A model generated the notes under the pieces. That model searched no databases and was not told the DNA's origin. It was given only the letters and a program-made list of their open reading frames with translations. DNA of 40,074 nucleotides from Burkholderiales bacterium (GTDB lineage Bacteria > Pseudomonadota > Gammaproteobacteria > Burkholderiales > Burkholderiaceae_C). This document shows, piece by piece, positions 36,692 to 40,074 of the stretch (its first letter is position 1; each line of letters opens with the position of its first letter). Location of the stretch: the NCBI GenBank assembly GCA_043756905.1, contig JAYUQE010000147.1:1-40074 (forward strand), written 5' to 3'. Both the position numbers and the translations under genes were made by a program.

Positions 36692-37342
36692 TCAGCGCCT
36701 GGCGCCGGCCTGGCGCAGGATTTGGGCGATGGCCTTCTGGCCGCGCTGTTCGGCGTGCGCCAGCGGCGTCACGCCCTGGGCGTCGGCCAGTTGCAGCCGG
36801 GCGCCCCGTGCGACCAGCAGACGCACGATCTCGGTGTGGGCCGCACCGCCGTCGCCAAGGATGATGGCCTCGAGCAGCGCCGTCCAGCCAAGACGGTTGA
36901 CATGGTCGACATCGAGCTTCGTTTTCAGCAGTTCGCGCACCGTCTCCACATGGCCGTGGTGCGCCGCCGGGATCAACGCAGTGCCGCCGTAGCGGTTGGT
37001 GCTCCCCAGGTCGGCGCCGGCGGTCAGTGTCAGCCGAAGGATCTCCAATCGGCCTTGTGCGCCGGCGTAGAGGAAGGGCGAGTCCTGGAGGTCGTCCTTG
37101 GCATTGACGTCCGCGCCGCGCTGGATCAGCAGCCGTGCTACGTCGACGCGGTCGGCGTGGGTGGCCGCCAGCAGCGCGGTGCGGCGCCGCCCATCGCGCG
37201 AGTCCACGGGCGTTCCGGCATCCAACAGCCGGCGCAGCGCGGTCAGGTCACCCGCTTCGGCCGCTGCCACCACCGTGGCACCGTCCGCACGCGCCCGCGC
37301 CGACCAGACGGTGGCCGCGGCCAGAAGCAGGCGCCGTCTCAT
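36692..37342 (-). CDS. exported ankyrin-repeat protein
   Basis: RRR leader; RTALLAAT, GADVNAKD, GGTALIPAA, GWTALLEA, GVTPLAHA. Confidence 0.88.
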   Translation of the reverse strand: MRRRLLLAAATVWSARARADGATVVAAAEAGDLTALRRLLDAGTPVDSRDGRRRTALLAATHADRVDVARLLIQRGADVNAKDDLQDSPFLYAGAQGRLEILRLTLTAGADLGSTNRYGGTALIPAAHHGHVETVRELLKTKLDVDHVNRLGWTALLEAIILGDGGAAHTEIVRLLVARGARLQLADAQGVTPLAHAEQRGQKAIAQILRQAGARR

Positions 37343-37572
37343 CGCGGCGCGCCCGCGTCAGTGGGTGCAACGCTGTAGGCCATGCGCGAAATGCCTGCCC
37401 AACCGGCCGCCGCTTCGCACCTGCGACACCTCGTCGCGCAGCGCCTCGGCTCGGCTCGGCGCAGCTCCTGCTGCATCGGTGTGTCGGCCTGCGCGCTGCC
37501 GGCCAGCCATGGCAGAGCGGCGATCAGACAGCTGCGGCGGCGCAGGCCCTGGGGAAGACGGCGCGAAGACAT
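37339..37572 (-). pseudogene. internally deleted nucleoside (CDA-fold) deaminase remnant
   Basis: RR leader followed almost directly by CRRCEAAAGWAGISRMAY, resembling the PCxxC...WAGI.R tail; no HAE region; ATGA overlap with the ankyrin gene. Confidence 0.5.
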
Positions 37573-37632
37573 GCCGTGATTGTGACTACCACAACAGGCA
37601 GGGAGTCTGCTTGCAGCCGGCCTGATCGGCGC

Positions 37633-38230
37633 TCAATACGAACCGCCGGAAGGCACCGGCTCGACAACGGCCGCGCCGAAGGTCTGACGCTGCTGGTACT
37701 CGCCGGGTGTCATGCCCATCACGCGGCGAAGGACGAAATGGCCTGGGGCGAAACCATGCGCCGCATGGAGGGCTACTTCGCGCTGCTGACCGACAAGGAA
37801 GCCAGGGACATCACCAAGAGGCTGGCGGCCGGCTTCGACGGCAAGCCGGTGGCCGCGGTTCGACACCCAGGCGAAAAGCTTCGAGACCTTCAAGCTGCCG
37901 CTGCTGGCGCACAACGAGTACGAGGTGCCGTACGCGCTGGCGGTGCACCCGAAGACGCAGGAGGTGTGGATCACCTCGAACATGTCGGACCGCATGTTCC
38001 GCTTCGACCCGAAGGCGCAGCGCTTCGTCTGCTACGCGATGCCCTCGCGCGTGACCTGGCTGCGCGACCTGGTCTTCACCAAGGACGGCGGCATCTGCTT
38101 GTCGTCGTCAAACCTGCCGGCCTACGCCGGTGTTGGCTTCAAGCCCATCGCCCTGATGTTGGGAGAAACCGTGTTCCTGGCCGCCCTGGTGTTGGCGTTG
38201 CTGCACTGGGCGCCTGGATGGCTCGAATGA
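37633..38230. pseudogene. mosaic of gene fragments (AraC-like tail on minus; Vgb-like propeller pieces and YeiH-like tail on plus)
   Basis: RRVMGMTPGEYQ (-); RMEGYFALLT (+), frameshift, then YEVPYALAVHPKTQEVWITSNMSDRMFRFDP...SSSNLPAYA fused in frame to VGFKPIALMLGETVFLAALVLALL. Confidence 0.5.
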
Positions 38231-38557
38231 AGCACCGCCGGGCGGGCGGCTGACGCTGGCGATCGAGAATCGGATGGCGATGGTGCAGTGTTGCCTCGAC
38301 TACTGCCATCGCACCGACACGCAGCGATGCGCGAACGGCTGCACATGCCGCCGTCGCTGCCGGGCGAGGAGCCGTCGTTCAAAGAATGGGATTGACCAGC
38401 GTCCGGCGTTGGGAAGCCGCGCACGCTCTCGGAGCGTGTGCCCCTGAGCATGGCGCCGAGTCGCCAGCCTCGGTCGCAACAACGCGCGACCGACCCCTCG
38501 GGGACCCGCCGGATCGCCTCCATATTCTCCAACCGAAAAATGTAGAGAAGTGACGCG

Positions 38558-40074
38558 ATGGGCGGCAGCATCAACAACCTGTTCGACGCCTGCGAGCCTC
38601 GCGCCGACGTACTGCAGGGCACGATCCGCGAGAGCGACTACGCCGCCAATCTGTCGCAGGTGCTGCGCGGCGACGCGCCAGTCGAGTACACGGACCCGGC
38701 GCAGTTTTTCGCCAACACCTATCCGACCAAGGGCCTGCGCAATGTGCTGCGCCTGGTCGCCGCGCGCGTGATGGCCCGGCCCGAGCAAATCGGCGCTGTC
38801 TTCCGCCTTGACACGCAGTTCGGCGGCGGCAAGACGCACACGTTGATCGCGCTCGCGCATGCCATGAACGGCCTGCACGCCGTCGCGCAGGCCGACGAGT
38901 TCCTCGCCCCCGAGTTGCGGCCGACCGAGCAGGTCCGCATTGCCGCGTTCGACGGAGAAAACGCCGACCCGGCCAACGGCCGCAAGCTCGGCACGATTCG
39001 CGCGCACACGCCGTGGGGTGAATTGGCGTACGCATTGGCGGGCGAAACCGGCTACCGCCTCGTCGAGGCCAGCGACACGACCGGTGTCGCGCCCGGCGCC
39101 GACACGCTGCGCGAATTGATCGGCAGCGCGCCAGCGCTGATCCTGCTCGACGAACTCGCGCCCTATCTGCGCAAGGTCTCGGCGCTGCGCCAGCAGACCG
39201 CCGGTGAACAATTGGCAGCGTTCCTCACGTCGCTGTTCAAAGCCGTCGAAAGCTCGCCGCGCGCGGCGCTGGTATTCACGCTCGCGCTCGGCCGCGATGG
39301 CGTCGCGCGCGACGCCTACTCGGGTGAGAGCCAGGCGATCGCCTCGTTCCTGGCCGAGGCCGACAGCGTCGTCGCGCGCAAGGCCACCGTGATCGACCCG
39401 ACCGAGGACGACGAGACCGTCAAGGTCATTTGCCGCCGCCTGTTTGCACGTGTCGATGAAACGAAGGCACGCGAGATCGTCGCCGCCTACAAGCAGGCCT
39501 GGGACGCCGGACGCGATGCGCTGCCCGCCGCACCGGCCGACGACCGCCGTGCCGAGGAGTTTGTTGCCGGTTATCCGCTGCACCCCGAGCTGATCGCCCT
39601 GCTGACACAGAAGACCGCCACGCTCGGCAACTTCCAGCGTGTGCGCGGCATGCTGCGGCTGCTGGCGCGCACAGTGGCGCGGCTGTGGAAAGACCGGCCT
39701 GCCGACGCCTATGCGGTGCACACGCACCACATCGACCTCGGTTTCGAGCCGATTCGCACCGAAATCGTCACCCGCCTCAACCAGCCGGCATTCGACCCCG
39801 CGCTGCGCGCCGAAATCGCCACTGTCGATGGCCAGCCGGCGCTGGCACAGCAGTTCGACCGTTCGCACTATGGCGGCCTGCCGGCCTACGGCTCGTATGT
39901 TGCGCGCACGGTGTTCATGCACACGCTGGCCTTCAACGACACGTTGCGCGGCCTGTCACCGGAGCAACTGCGTTACGCGGTGCTCGGCCCGAAGACCGAC
40001 ATCGCCTACATCGACGACGCGCGCAAGCGTTTCGTTGCCGATTCGGCCTACCTCGACGACCGCCCCGGTGTGCC
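38558..40074 (+). CDS. DUF499 family AAA+ ATPase, 3'-truncated by window edge
   Basis: Not in the ORF track (no stop in window); MGGSINNLFDACEPRADVL, FFANTYPT, Walker A TQFGGGKTH, Walker B LILLDEL, YPLHPELI, FQRVRGMLRLLA. Confidence 0.88.
   Translation, partial: MGGSINNLFDACEPRADVLQGTIRESDYAANLSQVLRGDAPVEYTDPAQFFANTYPTKGLRNVLRLVAARVMARPEQIGAVFRLDTQFGGGKTHTLIALAHAMNGLHAVAQADEFLAPELRPTEQVRIAAFDGENADPANGRKLGTIRAHTPWGELAYALAGETGYRLVEASDTTGVAPGADTLRELIGSAPALILLDELAPYLRKVSALRQQTAGEQLAAFLTSLFKAVESSPRAALVFTLALGRDGVARDAYSGESQAIASFLAEADSVVARKATVIDPTEDDETVKVICRRLFARVDETKAREIVAAYKQAWDAGRDALPAAPADDRRAEEFVAGYPLHPELIALLTQKTATLGNFQRVRGMLRLLARTVARLWKDRPADAYAVHTHHIDLGFEPIRTEIVTRLNQPAFDPALRAEIATVDGQPALAQQFDRSHYGGLPAYGSYVARTVFMHTLAFNDTLRGLSPEQLRYAVLGPKTDIAYIDDARKRFVADSAYLDDRPGV

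Noticed and set aside
38300-39922. 540-aa minus-strand ORF
   Set aside because: Antisense shadow of the DUF499 ATPase, with no recognisable motifs.

Overview
High-GC window whose gene content suggests a Betaproteobacterium (Burkholderiales-like; inferred, not determined). Left half, mainly metabolic: xdhABC, a prolyl oligopeptidase, a PaaI thioesterase, an ECF sigma/RskA-like anti-sigma locus with DUF4331/DUF3455-type exported targets sharing a CATCC-N16-CGTA motif, tauABC with an SDR and a class-III aminotransferase (split by an AlbA_2/Schlafen-type gene), an amidohydrolase with a CobW GTPase, an RCC1 lipoprotein, a persulfide dioxygenase-rhodanese fusion, dbpA and a RIO1-like kinase. Right half, accessory: (i) a 2.2-kb low-GC segment bounded by a duplicated RIO1 3' end, encoding an exported MepA/LAS-type Zn peptidase and a 299-aa partner, with a second 299-aa orphan paralog just outside (candidate undescribed effector/immunity-like module); (ii) a three-gene Lamassu/ABC-3C defence operon; (iii) a headless GNAT toxin and several fused gene fragments; (iv) an exported deaminase-remnant/ankyrin/RCC1 cluster beside adenosine deaminase; (v) the start of a DUF499 ATPase running off the window. 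No rRNA, tRNA, CRISPR, transposase or integrase was recognised. All family calls come from reading motifs by eye; no database searches were run.
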